64,000 bases of DNA from Tubulanus polymorphus (Eukaryota > Animalia > Nemertea): the NCBI RefSeq assembly GCF_964204645.1, contig NC_134032.1, forward strand, positions 2,502,075 through 2,566,074, in the 5' to 3' direction. Shown here one piece after another: positions 13,620 to 27,059 of this stretch (within the stretch, counting starts at the first letter, position 1; the number at the start of each line of letters is the position of its first letter). The notes under the pieces were generated by a model. That model was not told the origin of the DNA, searched no databases, and was given only the letters and a program-made list of their open reading frames with translations. The translations under genes and the position numbers were made by a program.

Positions 13620-14120
13620 AACGGACGCCTGCCGTCAACCCTTTATGTTGACAATTGAAGCCGTGAAATTGTAGCCGTGAGCTTTCTATATGTCGGGCAC
13701 ACTCACGAGGACATTGATCAGCTTTTTAGCGTAGTGCCCAGAACCCTCAACAGGAACGAGGCGTTGGATTTATCCCAACTCTTGGCGTTACTGCCGTTTG
13801 GAGAAGAAGCAAAACCAAATATCATCGACTACATCAACCACAGCCGTCCAAATATCTTTCTGTTCAAAACAAGCAAAGATGGAAATTCAGTCGACCTTAT
13901 CTACCGTAAAACCAGTAGACAGTCGTGGAATGTTTTGGAAAATGGAATTTTGCGACGCATGCCTACTGGAAAACCGACTCGTTTGATACAGGATTATACA
14001 GATGTCGAAGTCGACAAATTGAAGAGAAATATAACTAATAGACTGTCCCGTTTTTTACCGGAAACGAAAAAAAATCCGGTGGGAAATATTTCTAAGCGAA
14101 ATCCTGAAAATAAGATCTGA
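13620..14120 (+). pseudogene. DDE transposase fragment (Sola-related/DUF7869-type)
   Basis: LPSTLYV and SFLYVGHTHEDIDQLFS motifs; truncated. Confidence 0.65.
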
Positions 14121-15439
14121 TCCTACTATTCTGCTATCAAAATCTAAATGATCCGCCGAATGGTATATGCCAGAGCAACGAAGCAGAAGACGAAAATCCA
14201 GTTAAACGTGTTCGTTATTACTTGTAATAAGTTCATTGATGTCAATAGAATCAATTCCTCTAACTAAAGAAACATGAATGAATCCTAACGTGTTATATTA
14301 TTGCATTCGATATCACATAATTGTTTGATAATTATATTAAAAGTTTTTGAAACAAAAATAAATTTCTAATAAAAGTGTCGATTAATTCTCTATTTATGTC
14401 TATCTATATCTGTTTGCTTTTATCAATGTGGGATTTGGAAACCGACCTATCATATATTATGACAGGTTTCACTAAGAAACAGGTAAAATATTCATCGATG
14501 AAATTTTCGTTAAATGGGATGATTATTAAAGGTGTTTTCCATGCACTTCCAATTTTCCATTGTTAATAAACCAAATTTGAATTCGGAATATTGAGTCGAA
14601 TGAAGCCGATCTATTCTAATATACCTTGTAGTAATCTATACCAAGGGGTATCCCGAAGCATATGAAGAATATTATCTCCCTCAATGATTTTCCTGCCCAT
14701 AGCCTAGCGACATCGAACAAAGAGGACAACTTATAGTGTCATAAGTTATTCAATCAGTGTATAGTTTGCACCTGAATAAACTCAACACATTGATTGATAG
14801 AATAATAAACAAACTAACTAGATTAACATGTTATTTTAATAATACCCATGATTTCATATATTGAAACATAATTGTATTTCTCGGTGGAAAGCTGCGATCA
14901 CGTGAGCATGTAATATTGTTTACACGGGTGCTAAGTGGACTCGTTTAAAAGCGTTGGACTAGGCCCGAGTCAGGTTTCGGCACGGGTCTATTTATTGCGT
15001 GTGGATTGCTACAGGTTGCTAATCATTGGCTTGTGTGTGAACCCGCTCTTTAATTAATGATGGGCCAAATTTGACTCTGGTCTAATCCGTGGCAATTTGG
15101 CCCGGGCCAAATCGTCTCCTTGTGATTTTGGCTTACGTTATTATCTGTAGTATATCCAAGCTACGAGCAATTATCTAATAGATCAATTAGTTGGATAATT
15201 GCTCGTAGATCTAAGTAAATCACATGAGCTCGAAGACATAAATGATATCTAGTTTGCACTACTACAAACATCCGCGCAAATCTGATGGGCTCGAATCCGT
15301 GCGTTCGACAGAAACTGACCAGTGAAAAAATAGATGTAGTTATAAAGCAACAACATGAAAGGTATCCAATTTTACGGTCCACGACTGAACGAATACATTT
15401 ATCTTAAAATAGATCAGTCTGATTCACATGTTTCTTTGC

Positions 15440-16243
15440 CATACAACGTATTTCACAATATGAATAGTCGTTGACTTCAGTTTTTCTTTCATCTCTTTTT
15501 TTCGTGCTTCCTCTGACTGTTTATTCCTCTGAAGAAAGCCATCATTTGGTCACCAGTCAAGTGCTTTGAAGGGAAATCTGCACTATTTTTGTTCTAGTGT
15601 CCCTTCGAATCGTTTTCCTCAGTCCGGGTATGTTAATATCTCATCGAATGATGACGATTTATTGGGTGGTGCGGATGAGGTTGAAGATACCGAATGTAAT
15701 GAGGGCTATGGACTAGGTACGGATGATGAACAAATTGTCTTTTCTTTTATTGTCTTCCAGATGACAAACAAAGCGTCATCTTCAAGATCATAACCTTCGG
15801 CAAATATTCTATTAAAGATATTGCATTGCTCAGAAGACAGCACTTCCTCGAACATCTTCAGTGCAGTGAGTTCAGGGGTTTCACTTAAGATATCATCTAC
15901 GAACCTAGGTTTTTAATTAATGGTACGTTGACCTTCATCATTCTGGTCACCCCATGCCATTGAAGGTGCCATCTTAGCTACCTGTATGGCTTCTGGGTCG
16001 AATGGAAATATACCAGTCGCACGAAAGCCATTTTTGATATTAGAAGGCTTCAAGGCTTCAAACCAGGCATTACAAAAAAAACGGGAGAAAAACACTTTTT
16101 CGTCACTTGCTGTCCAACGTGGGAATCACGGTAGACCTGCTTCCTCCAAGCTGCCTTAAATAGCTTGAAAAAACTTACATAGAGTGGTTGAATTACGTGA
16201 CTAGCATGTGGGGGAAAACAATACAAATAAATACCCTCACTTT
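15440..16243 (-). pseudogene. pogo/Tigger-like DDE_1 transposase, C-terminal fragment
   Basis: LYCFPPHASHVIQPL, FKAAW, NIKNGFRATGIFPFDP, FAEGYDLEDD; frameshifted. Confidence 0.8.
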
Positions 16244-16268
16244 ATCTGGTTTAAGTGTAGATGAAGTA

Positions 16269-16397
16269 TTAGACTGTTGAAATGTTAAATTGTTAGACCG
16301 TTGAAATATTAAATTGTTGGACTGTTGAAATGTTAAATTGTTAGACTGTTGAAATGCTAAATTGTTAGACTGTTGAAATGTTAGATTGTTAGACTGT
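16269..16397. repeat. 24-bp minisatellite (~5 copies)
   Basis: ttagactgttgaaatgttaaattg repeated. Confidence 0.9.
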
Positions 16398-17668
16398 AAT
16401 TTTAATTGTCATTTGATTTGATCATTTAAAAGTTCAATGATTTAAAAATGATTATAAAATATTAAATCGAAAACTAACAGAAATCAAAAATATTTAATTG
16501 AACATTAAATAACTGCTAGTAGTTTCTAGTATGATTTTTTTATAATCATCTCATATTCCTTAGTTGAAAATATATAATATATTGGTTGAAAATATAAATA
16601 TATTGGTTCAAAATAAATAATGTATTGTATAAATAAAAATGGGGTCTCAAGCATTTACGTTTCAGATACGCATCAGATAATGATAATTAAATCTTTTTGA
16701 TTTCTATTCACGCTAATGTTTGATTAGGATTGAATAGAATTCAATTAAAAATTTAATAAACTAACTAACTAATATCACTCTTGTATTATTCTAGTGCCGC
16801 GTAAAGAATTACAATGTCATATATGAATAGATTAAAAAATAAATTACTTATGAGACTTCAATTTCCGAAATAAAGCATAATACGTATTTAATACGTATTA
16901 ATACCATTAATACCTAAACCCCCTTTTTAATGAACTATTATTTGTAAAATATTTTATACATTTTCAACCAATATATTTTATATTTTCAACCAATTTAACA
17001 GCCAATTTCTTAATTTGAATCATATAATTTATTATCTAGTTCGTGAATATACCTATGATTCTTTAAATTTTTTTAAATTTTTATAACTTTTATTCATATT
17101 TAACAACACTTAATATTATTCAATCTATCTGAAATATAATTTATTTTTTTTTAATTCTATATATTTAATTTTACAAGTATCATTAAATTCTACTAACTGT
17201 TTTAATGAGTTAATTGAAACAGATAATAATCCTGAAATCATAATAATTAACTTAATATCCTCTTGATTTCTGTATATAAGATGTAATAAATTGAGTATAT
17301 TGTCACTCATTTATATAGTTAAAATATATAAAATAAATCAAACTAAAAGATACTGCCTTAATCCTCTAAATCTTTTATAGTATTAACTTTTTTATTATTA
17401 CTATTTTTATGCCCATTTCCATTCAACTTACTTAATTTCCTACTTAATTTCATATTTTCATTTATCAGATCTTTACTTCTATTCCCATAAGTAAAGTATA
17501 GCGCAGCTTAAATTTCATTGGATATGGTGCCCCTTTTATCTGTGTTCACCAATCGTCTCAGGGTTGATTTTGATTTTATAGAAATCTTATGCTTTGATTT
17601 TAAAAGGGTATTTTGGAAATTCATTCCAGCTTCCGGAAGGCATGGAAGGTAAGCTGGATGCGCTCCTG

Positions 17669-18030
17669 ATTTGATCCGCGCGAATCATGAATTCAACTCA
17701 GATGCAGATTGGTCGACCTTTTCTTGGTTACATCATTCTTGTGTCTGTGGTAAACAGGTCTCGAATCTACCGTACTGTGTCACTGGTCTGCTTGTATTGT
17801 TCTTGTTAGGAGCGTTTGGAAATTGAGCGACGTACTTTCCTGATAGCGATAAGTCGCAGATTCCGCAGTTTACCTCACGCTAACTACCTGATCGCTTTGT
17901 GTCTCAGTGATACCTTGCACTTTATCAAATTTACACTGATGCCTGTTCAACAGTTCGTTCTCTTTCGCGTTAAAGACGGTCATGAAATCGCTGAATAGTT
18001 GTAAAATCTATGAATTTGTAATCTGGTATT
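17669..18030 (+). pseudogene. 5' fragment paralogous to the GPCR at 29828
   Basis: Nucleotide similarity to 29810-30190 (atttgatccgc...atgaattc...cagatgca.attggtcgacc; ISRRFRSL.ANYLIAL). Confidence 0.85.
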
Positions 18031-18948
18031 TGCCGGCCGCAATAGACTCAGAGCCACGGCGCGAGATTTGCGGCACTCAATTTGAATTTTGAAAGCGTCG
18101 ATTTTAAGTAAGTCGTTGCCGTACTTTAGGTCTCCAATCGAAGAGAGTTGACAAAATTTGCAAACAACACAAAAACCTGGATACGGACCACGTTATGCCC
18201 CTGGTGGGCGAAAAAGTAAATAGTGAACACAGAAAAGAGCTTGGCAGATTATGTTGTATCCAATTTTTATTCGTCTAGAATATCAATACCTTTTGGAATT
18301 AGCGAAATATCGGAAACAAAACATCTTAGTTAGGACAACAAACTCTCAAGAAGGCAGTGTAGGATCTGGTGTCGCCCCCACCAGCAAACCAATATGTGCC
18401 GGCTTTCCCCATTTCATGTACACGGAGTTCCTCTATTTCCAATCTGAATTTCTGTAAATAGATTGATCTATATTGATTAACTTAAACTTGAAAAAAAACT
18501 ATCGAAATACCTTCAGTTGCCGCGACAGAAGCTTCATCCACCATAAACAAGGCCAAGGCGATGAAAAGAGTTTTAGTAAACATTCTGAAAGTGAATTTGA
18601 AATGTTAGAAACAGCCACTAAGATATAACACTGTAACAGTAACTAGAATGGTCGATTTAACCCTTTAGTTATTAGCACCTGAATGGCAAATTTTTACCGT
18701 CAAAAAAGTGAAAATATGACCGAAATGTGACCCACTCACCGGCGGGGCACCAGTCACACCTGCCGGGCACCAGTCACACCGCCTGGGTACCACTCACACC
18801 GGCTGGAGATGAAATTGGGACAAAATCAGAAATCGATTGCATGTACTCAAAAGTTATGATTAGCCCAAAGTCAAATTTAACCAGAAAATGAGGATTTTAA
18901 AGCATTCTAAAGAACTGTTGCCTCTCGGTGATGAATGGTTGCAGGATC

Positions 18949-19398
18949 TTTTCATTTCATTTTCATTTCATTTTTATTTCATTTTCATTTCATTTTCATT
19001 TCATTTTCATTTCATTTTCATTTCATTTTCATTTTCATTTCATTTTCATTTCATTTTCATTTCATTTTCATTTCATTTTCATTTCATTTTCATTTCATTT
19101 TCATTTCATTTTCATTTCATTTTCATTTCATTTTCATTTCATTTTCATTTCATTTTCATTTCATTTTCATTTCATTTTCATTTCATTTTCATTTCATTTT
19201 CATTTCATTTTCATTTCATTTTCATTTCATTTTCATTTCATTTTCATTTCATTTTCATTTCATTTTCATTTCATTTTCATTTCATTTTCATTTCATTTTC
19301 ATTTCATTTTCATTTCATTTTCGTTTCCATTTCATTTCCATTTCATTTTCATTTCATTTCATTTTCATTTCATTTTCATTTCATTTTCATTTTCATTT
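18949..19398. repeat. (TTTCA/TTTTCA)n microsatellite, 11-bp period
   Basis: Direct reading. Confidence 0.98.
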
Positions 19399-19993
19399 TA
19401 TAATGATATTTTGATAATTGTCTTTTGATAGAATGTGTGATATGTTCGACGAGAAAAACGCACATAATGACTATCGCTTTACGCCGGTCCACGCTAAAAG
19501 GCGTATTAATCCACGCTTGTCACTTACCGTGTTTATCAAGACTCACTTACAATCAGACTGGACACAGTTTAGCGAGGGTGTCTCACATGAATACTTTGGA
19601 CTGTTCCATTGGATTGTAATTCTGAACGCGACCCGGTGTCCGCGTAGGTTCGTCTTGCATCTCTGTTTTCGGATCTTGAATATAATATGTTTGTTGATAG
19701 TCAATCCCGGAGTCGAAATGGATGTACTTTATATCTAATTCAGTTTATGTCAACAAATTCGATTGAGTGAAATCATTTGAGTGGGCTTAAAATCTTTTCG
19801 CAAATACCATTGAATTAATTTCCGATTTTGCCCAGACTATTTTAAACACGTCGACTGGACGTTTTAGACTCCACGATGAACCAATTATCAATAATTTCCG
19901 TAAACATCAGATATTCCATAAACTATGCACGTTTTTTACAGGAATTATCACTGAAATGAAGCTGATCGAGTTAGTTATAGTTTTGTTGTTGTT

Positions 19994-20234
<241 letters not shown>

Positions 20235-21307
20235 CAAGCACCAGGTAATAGTCTCTTTACGATTCATATGCATTTCGCTGACGTTCTTGTTACATTATTT
20301 TTAAACCCATGCCTCCAATTCTTTAGTTCATATTATCATATATCAAAGGGATACTTACCCTGTGTTTGAATTCCAAAGTATTTTCCCTGTAAAAACCTCA
20401 AATTTTTTAAAAATAATCGGACGATTGAACAAACTCGTTGCAGGGGTGGATCCAGAGACAAATTCTGAAAGAGTTGCCACATCCCAAAAGGGCGCATCGA
20501 TGATCAAGAAGGTTATATTAGGCGCATTTCTATGGTACTGAAATACATCAATTGTCTCTGTAAAATAATGAAGAAAAAAAATGTTGGACTTGTACACGTC
20601 TCACAAGTTGCCCTGGATCCGGCCATTTAATTATATCCAATTCTGTTGTCGTATTTCCAAATAACCAAACCGCGCTCTTTCACTTCACATCTAACTCATC
20701 AGCATCAACAAACGCTGTTCGACCTTTCATGAAAATAGTTAACGGTGTTTGTTCCTGCGATTGGTCAATAAAAATGGGGCCCCAGGAACTCATCCACATT
20801 CGCTCGATGTTGAGCAGAAAGCGAGACATAAGCATTGTTTGTTGCTGGCTCCAGGGGAATCCCTGTATCACCTACATACAATATATTCGCGCCCTTAGTT
20901 TCTTTTTATATCAATAATTCAAGAGCCAAATTCATACCTAGATATTTCTGGCACTGCCTACACGAAAATCAACTCCAAAATCTTTTCATTTTATCTGGGT
21001 TAGCCCTACTGCATTTGGCGATGTGTGTATAGAAAAGGTTTGCAATCTTATCTAAATCTGTCATGTTCGCCGTATTGTTATTATGTGTAAGCGCGTGTAT
21101 TGGGATTTCCTTTTTTTAGTTTTCTTTTTTCTATCTATAGAAATATTGTATTGTCTGTTCAACTCTCTGCATTGAGCTAATTGTGGAGTAGTAAACTTAA
21201 TTAACTTACTATTCATTTATAATTGTAGCTATGATTTCTTATGTATTTATGTGCGTCAATCAGACTTATTCAATCTATTCACCTTTATGCGGGTTTACAT
21301 TATGCAG

Positions 21308-21480
21308 GAAACGGCCAGTGCATGGGGAGGTTGGAGCCCTTGTTTCCAAACTTGTGACGGCGGGTCTCAGACGCGTTATCGATCGTGAAACGACCCGGCA
21401 CCATCCAACGGTGGTTTGAGCTGCGCCGACCAAAACCTCGGACCTGATAGCGACTCGAAGACGTGCGATATTCGCCCCAG
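21308..21480 (+). pseudogene. Degenerate TSP1 exon
   Basis: SAWGGWSPCFQTCDGGSQTRYRS*NDPAPSNGGLSC; TGA at a conserved Cys plus an upstream frameshift. Confidence 0.75.
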
Positions 21481-21566
21481 TTTGTTTTCATTTTGATACA
21501 GACTATTGTGGTTGCGTCAATCCGACTTGTCTTAATTCACTTTTATTCGATTTTCTATTAAAACAG

Positions 21567-24500
21567 TAAATGGTGGCTTCACTGATTGGACGAAGTGGAA
21601 CTTTTGCTCGAAAACCTGCGGAGGTGGAACCCAGAAACGGACTCGTACGTGTACCGATCCGGCGCCGGCAAATGGTGGCAAACGATGTACTGAACCTTGT
21701 GAGGAAACACGTGACTGCTACAAACAACCGTGTCAAGGTGATAATGAAATTGAGTTTAAAGCTTCTAATGTCTGGACCACCCTGTACCTAATCAGCCCCA
21801 GCCCCCCCCCCCCCAACACCAGATACTAAATATTCTCAGGGCGGATCTAGGCTTATGGTAGAGGTTGGAACCAAAGAGAAGTAAAAAGGGCCCAAATAAG
21901 AGACATATTGAAATTCTGAGGAAAATTTCAGATCATCCACATTTTACATGTGTTCGAGACTTCACCTGAGATGTTTTTTAATTGAAAATGAACTACAAAC
22001 ACCAGACATTAGACATTTTATCAGTACACTTTCAAAAACTGATCGTCAAGACTTTGCATGTGTTCAGAACTTCGCCTGAGACATTTTCCAAACACCACAC
22101 ATTAGACATTTTATCATCTCACTTTCAGAAACTGATCATCCACGCTTCAAACGTGTTCAGAACTTCACCTGAGACATTTTCCAAACACCACATATCGTGG
22201 TGTTTGGAAAATGCAATTTCCATTGAAAATGAATTACAAACACCAGACATCAGACATTTTATGAGTACACATTCAAAAACTGATCTTCCACACTTAACGC
22301 TATAATCGTGGATATCTGAAGGGAGGAGATCCTAGGCTGCATTGAAATATGATTAAACTCAGTGTTAACTATATCAGTCGCCACTACTCGAATGAAAATC
22401 TGTTACATTTGTTCAGAATCTGCCCAGTCAGATACAAAATACACTAAATACAATTTGTTTTCTGAATAGTTAATGGTGGTTATACAGTTTGGGGAGTATG
22501 GTCTGAGTGTAGCAGCTCGTGCGGTGTAGCGTTCCGGACTCGGCGACGGACCTGTACGAATCCAACTCCGAGCGCATGCGGCGGGGACTGCTCAATATTC
22601 GGACCCGATATCGATAAACATGAATGCGCGAGAAAATCCTGTTCAGGTATTTATTTGATTTGTTAGAAATCGTTGATAGTTTTGGGGAACCCGTACATCA
22701 TCCGCAGTTTTCAAACTAGACCAGTCCATGTTCTATGCAGTACTTCTAAGGAGTCAATCAACTCTAAAACCAGTTCAGGTTGTTTAAGCTGATCTTTTAA
22801 ATTTGGATTCGAGGACAGGGCGCTTCCGACATCTAACTGAAACGGTCCTAGTCGACTACAGCAACATTCCCGTTGAAAATATATGTGCAGAATAGGCAGC
22901 TGTTGTTGTAGGACCTTGCAAAACCTTCCAAATGCCCGAGACCTCTGACCGACAGACGTCACAGTCGTGCAAAGGTGTTTTGACGTTGTGCGAAGTGCCG
23001 ATTAGTGAATCAATTGATTTATGTTCATTTGCTGTAAGATTGAGAGCCAGAAAACGGCAGGGCCGGTTAATTGGATTTCATCGACATGCGACTGTCTGTA
23101 GTTCAAATGAATAAAAACTTTCAAAGAAAAACATCAGTTCTCTTAGAAATGTGCTCGAAATTCAAAAAGTTAAAGATTTATAAGCCACCACACTTATCAT
23201 AATTGTCATTATCCATATCATTATCATAATTCATATTATCATCATTCTCATCATTATCATTATCACTAACCATATCATAATCAACATCATATCAATATCA
23301 ATATTATAATTTGTATTATCATCATTCTCCACATCATTATCATTATCCATACCGTTATGCATACCGTTATCATAATCCGTGTAATTATTTTCCATATTAT
23401 TATACATATCATTATCATAATCATTAAAATTGATTTTCTATCTCATACAGAAACGTTAGTCTTACGAGGTAAGAATACGTATCAGAGTAATGGTTTGATC
23501 GAAGGAGGTGTGTCCGGCCGAGCTGTTGACGGCATCGAAAATCCCTACTGGTCTGGAAGAAGTTGTTCCCATACCGGTCCACCCGCTAATGGCAGCAATC
23601 TCAACTGGTGGACCGTTGACCTCGGAGCCATCTATGACGTCAGTGATGTCTGGATACTGAACCGTAAAGATTGCTGTAGTAAGTACGACTCAGTTGGGAA
23701 CGCGTTGAACGTGTGAGGAGTGGAGGCGCAGAGAATCGATCGAGGACGCCCTGTGAATATTATATAGTTATAAAGGATCGATTACATTCATTCGTTCATT
23801 CTTTATTGCTCGCAAACAAAAAAATTTGCGTAGAGCGAAAAGGGCAAATTTATGAAAATTGTTTTTAACAAGATGGCAGATATAACTATAGTTCAAAAGT
23901 ATTTTAGACCTTCTGTAACATATACAAAGAAGTTGAGACGAGTTCTTTCTGTAGAATTTATAAGTTTGCAGAGTTTTAATGATTTGGTCTAATTCTATAG
24001 TTAAGGTTTTATGTGCGCTGTGCGCATGTCATTGAAAAGGGGACAAACTAACAAAAAATACTATTCGTAGGGTCTATATAGGTGTGGTATATATAGGGTA
24101 TCTTACTGATTATTCTAACAGGTGATCGCTTGAGAGACTTTAGAATTTACGTCACGGACAAACGGATAACGAGTGAACAATCCGATTCGTTAGTTTGCGC
24201 CTTCCAGGTAAAAAGTTTTGGCGCCGGTGAATTGAAGAGGTTCCGATGTAATAACGGGAGTCTGGCGGGTCAATTCGTGACTGTAATGATGACGAGCGGT
24301 GAAATGTTGACTTTGTGCGAGGTTCGCGTGGCTGGGATTTTCAAAATGCAAACACCAGGTCGGTATTCACTTCACTTTCACAATCGATGATTTAAAGTCT
24401 AAGTCGTAGTCGTTATTTTGACGGATTTTCAAAATGACGATTTTCACCTAGTAAATCGAATTAGAAATATAAATTGGGAGTGAAGTAGGCCTTATGAATG

Positions 24501-25686
24501 CTGATGATGAATCGTCCGATGGTACTTGCAGTGAGGTTGTAGATCGTGTTTGTATAACGAATACTTTTGTTGGTTAATTTCTCAAGCGCTGATCGATTTG
24601 AAAGGAAAGCCAGTTGAACAAAGCTCAACGGATGGTGTAGATAAAGGCGATCCTAAAAAAGCGATTGATGGTAATGAAGATACCGACTTTAAAACCGGTA
24701 AATCGTGTTCGCGAACCCTGGAGGCTCCGATTAACTGGTGGAAGATAGATCTTCAACAGGACCTTGTAGTGACTAGTGTTACAATAGTGAGCAGGGCTGA
24801 TTGTTGCAGTAAGTTATCCTGATACGATTTGTACAAAAGCCCTGAAATGGTGAGTGCAGGAAAGCCTGGAGTTAGCCTGAACCCTGTACAGATTCATTAA
24901 GTCCAAACTCACCGCAGTTATGAATTTTTTTTAATCGGGCACATGTTTAGATAAGATAATTTATTACTCTCCAAACATTTCCATGTTACCTGGAGGGGAA
25001 AAAGATTTTGTTTACAAGTATTCACATATCAAGAGAAAAATAAAAAAAAACTTTAAAAACATAACAAGGTTATTTACAATAAATACAAATACAGTGTACT
25101 GTTTACAATCGAGAGACTACAGGGGGATCTATATATTATATATCTAAATCATCTTTTTTAAGACGAATCAGCAGCGACATCTATTGTAATTTCGTCTAAA
25201 TATTTCTATCTCTACAGGTGAAAGATTAAATAATTTCAAGATTCTCGTGTCCGCGACTCCATTCGACCAAACAGCCACGTACACGCAGGATCAGGTATGC
25301 CACTCGAATCCAGGTGTTGTCGCTCCTGGAGCCAAAGAAGAATTTACCTGTGCGCCCGATTTGAAGGGAAGATACGTCGCCATTAGAACGGAAAGTGGAA
25401 CATATTTGACTCTGTGCGAAGTCCTGATTATAGGGTCAGCCCTTGAGAAGAAACGCCAGTAATATTATTCTAAACTACTGTAGACACGAAAGCGTTTTAA
25501 AACGCTTTAGTAAAGAAAAAGAAAGATTTATGATAGAAAAAATTATCCGAAAATCCGAATCTGTGTTTAAAATCATTAGAAATTTCTGTGTGTACAAGAT
25601 AACACAAGTGTCCTAAAAGTAGTTTTTAGTTGTTAATTTATTTTAGCGACGTCTGCGGCGGTAAAAACTGCGACACGATCGAATGA
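21567..25686 (+). CDS. TSP1 x2 + F-type lectin (fucolectin, F5/8C fold) x2 protein; 5' end not identified
   Basis: Phase-compatible GT-AG exons 21567-21737 (TSP1), 22470-22646 (TSP1), 23451-23678 + 24122-24358 (FTL1: AVDG, CSHT, WWTVDLG, NRKDCCSDR, LTLCEV), 24587-24808 + 25218-25458 (FTL2) and probable last exon 25647-25686 (alternative stop at 25462). Confidence 0.85.
21930..22295. repeat. Degenerate intronic tandem repeat
   Basis: gtgttcagaacttcacctgagacattttccaaacacca...agacattttat recurs. Confidence 0.7.
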
Positions 25687-25937
25687 AAACTTAAAGGACC
25701 CGACCACTCAAACACGAGGCCAGGCGTACATTACACCGATTCTCGAATTAGTCTCTGAAACGGTGCAACGTATCAATGAGTCCGTTCGTTGCACTAGGAC
25801 CCGTCGTACTTTTCGATCTTAAAAATAGGGGTCGACCCTGTCATTTATTTGATTGGTAAATTTCGTTTGATATTTTTTTGATTGAGTGTCCCTTACAAAC
25901 CCACCACACCTGCCAGTTCTCTTTTAATGGCGCTACG

Positions 25938-26330
25938 TACTCTCTTAGTTTTGAAAATGGCTCATAGAATTGAGTCTAAACGTCACTACTCTCTTAGTTT
26001 TGAAAATGGCTCATAGAATTGAGTCTAAACGTCACTACTCTCTTAGTTTTGAAAATGGCTCATAGAATTGAGTCTAAACGTCACTACTCTCTTAGTTTTG
26101 AAAATGGCTCATAGAATTGAGTCTAAACGTCACTACTATCTTAGTTTTGAAAATGTCTCATAGAATTGAGTCTAAACGTCACTACTCTCTTAGTTTTGAA
26201 AATGGCTCATAGAATTGAGTCTAAACGTCACTACTATCTTAGTTTTTGAAAATGGCTCACAGAATTATCACTACTCTTACAGTTTTTAAAAGTGGCTCAT
26301 AGAATCGAGTCAAAACTTCCCTACTGTCTT
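25938..26330. repeat. 49-bp tandem repeat (~6 good copies plus degenerate ones)
   Basis: tactctcttagttttgaaaatggctcatagaattgagtctaaacgtcac; period 49. Confidence 0.95.
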
Positions 26331-26424
26331 AATTGTTGTAAAATGGCCCATAGTCTGGCGACGTTTCGACTCAATTCTGTGGGCCAGTGACGGTTCTTTG
26401 CCAGAATGAAATTAAGTGAGGATG

Positions 26425-26538
26425 TTATGAAAGTTTGGCTGAGATATATTTTTGGTGTTTATCCCCCTCCATGAGCACTAGATCACCTATCTCTTGGGGG
26501 ATAAACACCAAAAATATATCTCAGCCAAACTTTCATAA
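26425..26538. repeat. Perfect inverted repeat, 43-bp arms, 28-bp spacer
   Basis: ttatgaaagtttggctgagatatatttttggtgtttatccccc / gggggataaacaccaaaaatatatctcagccaaactttcataa. Confidence 0.95.
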
Positions 26539-27059
26539 ATTGGGGGGGGGGGGGCGGGCTAGGTTGGGATTCGATTTTTCTCGAAGTCCAGTGAACTGCA
26601 TCGGGGCTAGACATTTTTTCGCATTGCCTGATCGCGGCATTTCATCAATAATCGCTTCTGGCAATCGAATGTTGCGAAGGTTGTTGTTTTCTAGGGATTC
26701 TTGCTGTCAAGTAACACATCTGATTCGATTGCCTCCGAGATGTCCAGTGTTTCTAATTTCATTAGGTACCAAGGCGTTGGTTGGCTTACAAGTCAGTTGG
26801 ATCTGGGACCGGTTGACCTTAAAGTTTCAAATAGTCAATCCAACAACTTTAGACTAGTCTGCTCATTTCGGTTCAACCAAGACGAATAATAATAAGAACG
26901 CAACTATCACAATCTTCATGATGATAATGAGTTTATTTACATGTTCAAACGTTTCGATCGATTTCGACTCATCTCTTCGAGTCCTTTTCAAGAAATGACA
27001 TGAAAAGATACAAACTATGTATAGTATACTGTTACTAATTACAGAGAATATCATGCAGG

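Noticed and set aside
18888-19428. Three ORFs rich in F/H/I/S
   Set aside because: Artefacts of the TTTCA/TTTTCA microsatellite.
21379-21390. TGA at a conserved TSP1 cysteine as possible selenocysteine
   Set aside because: The same exon also has a frameshift and no SECIS was recognised; decay is simpler.
26560-26920. Minus-strand signal peptide plus LRR-like fragments (LETLDIS..NRI)
   Set aside because: Multiple stops and shifts; too short to call.
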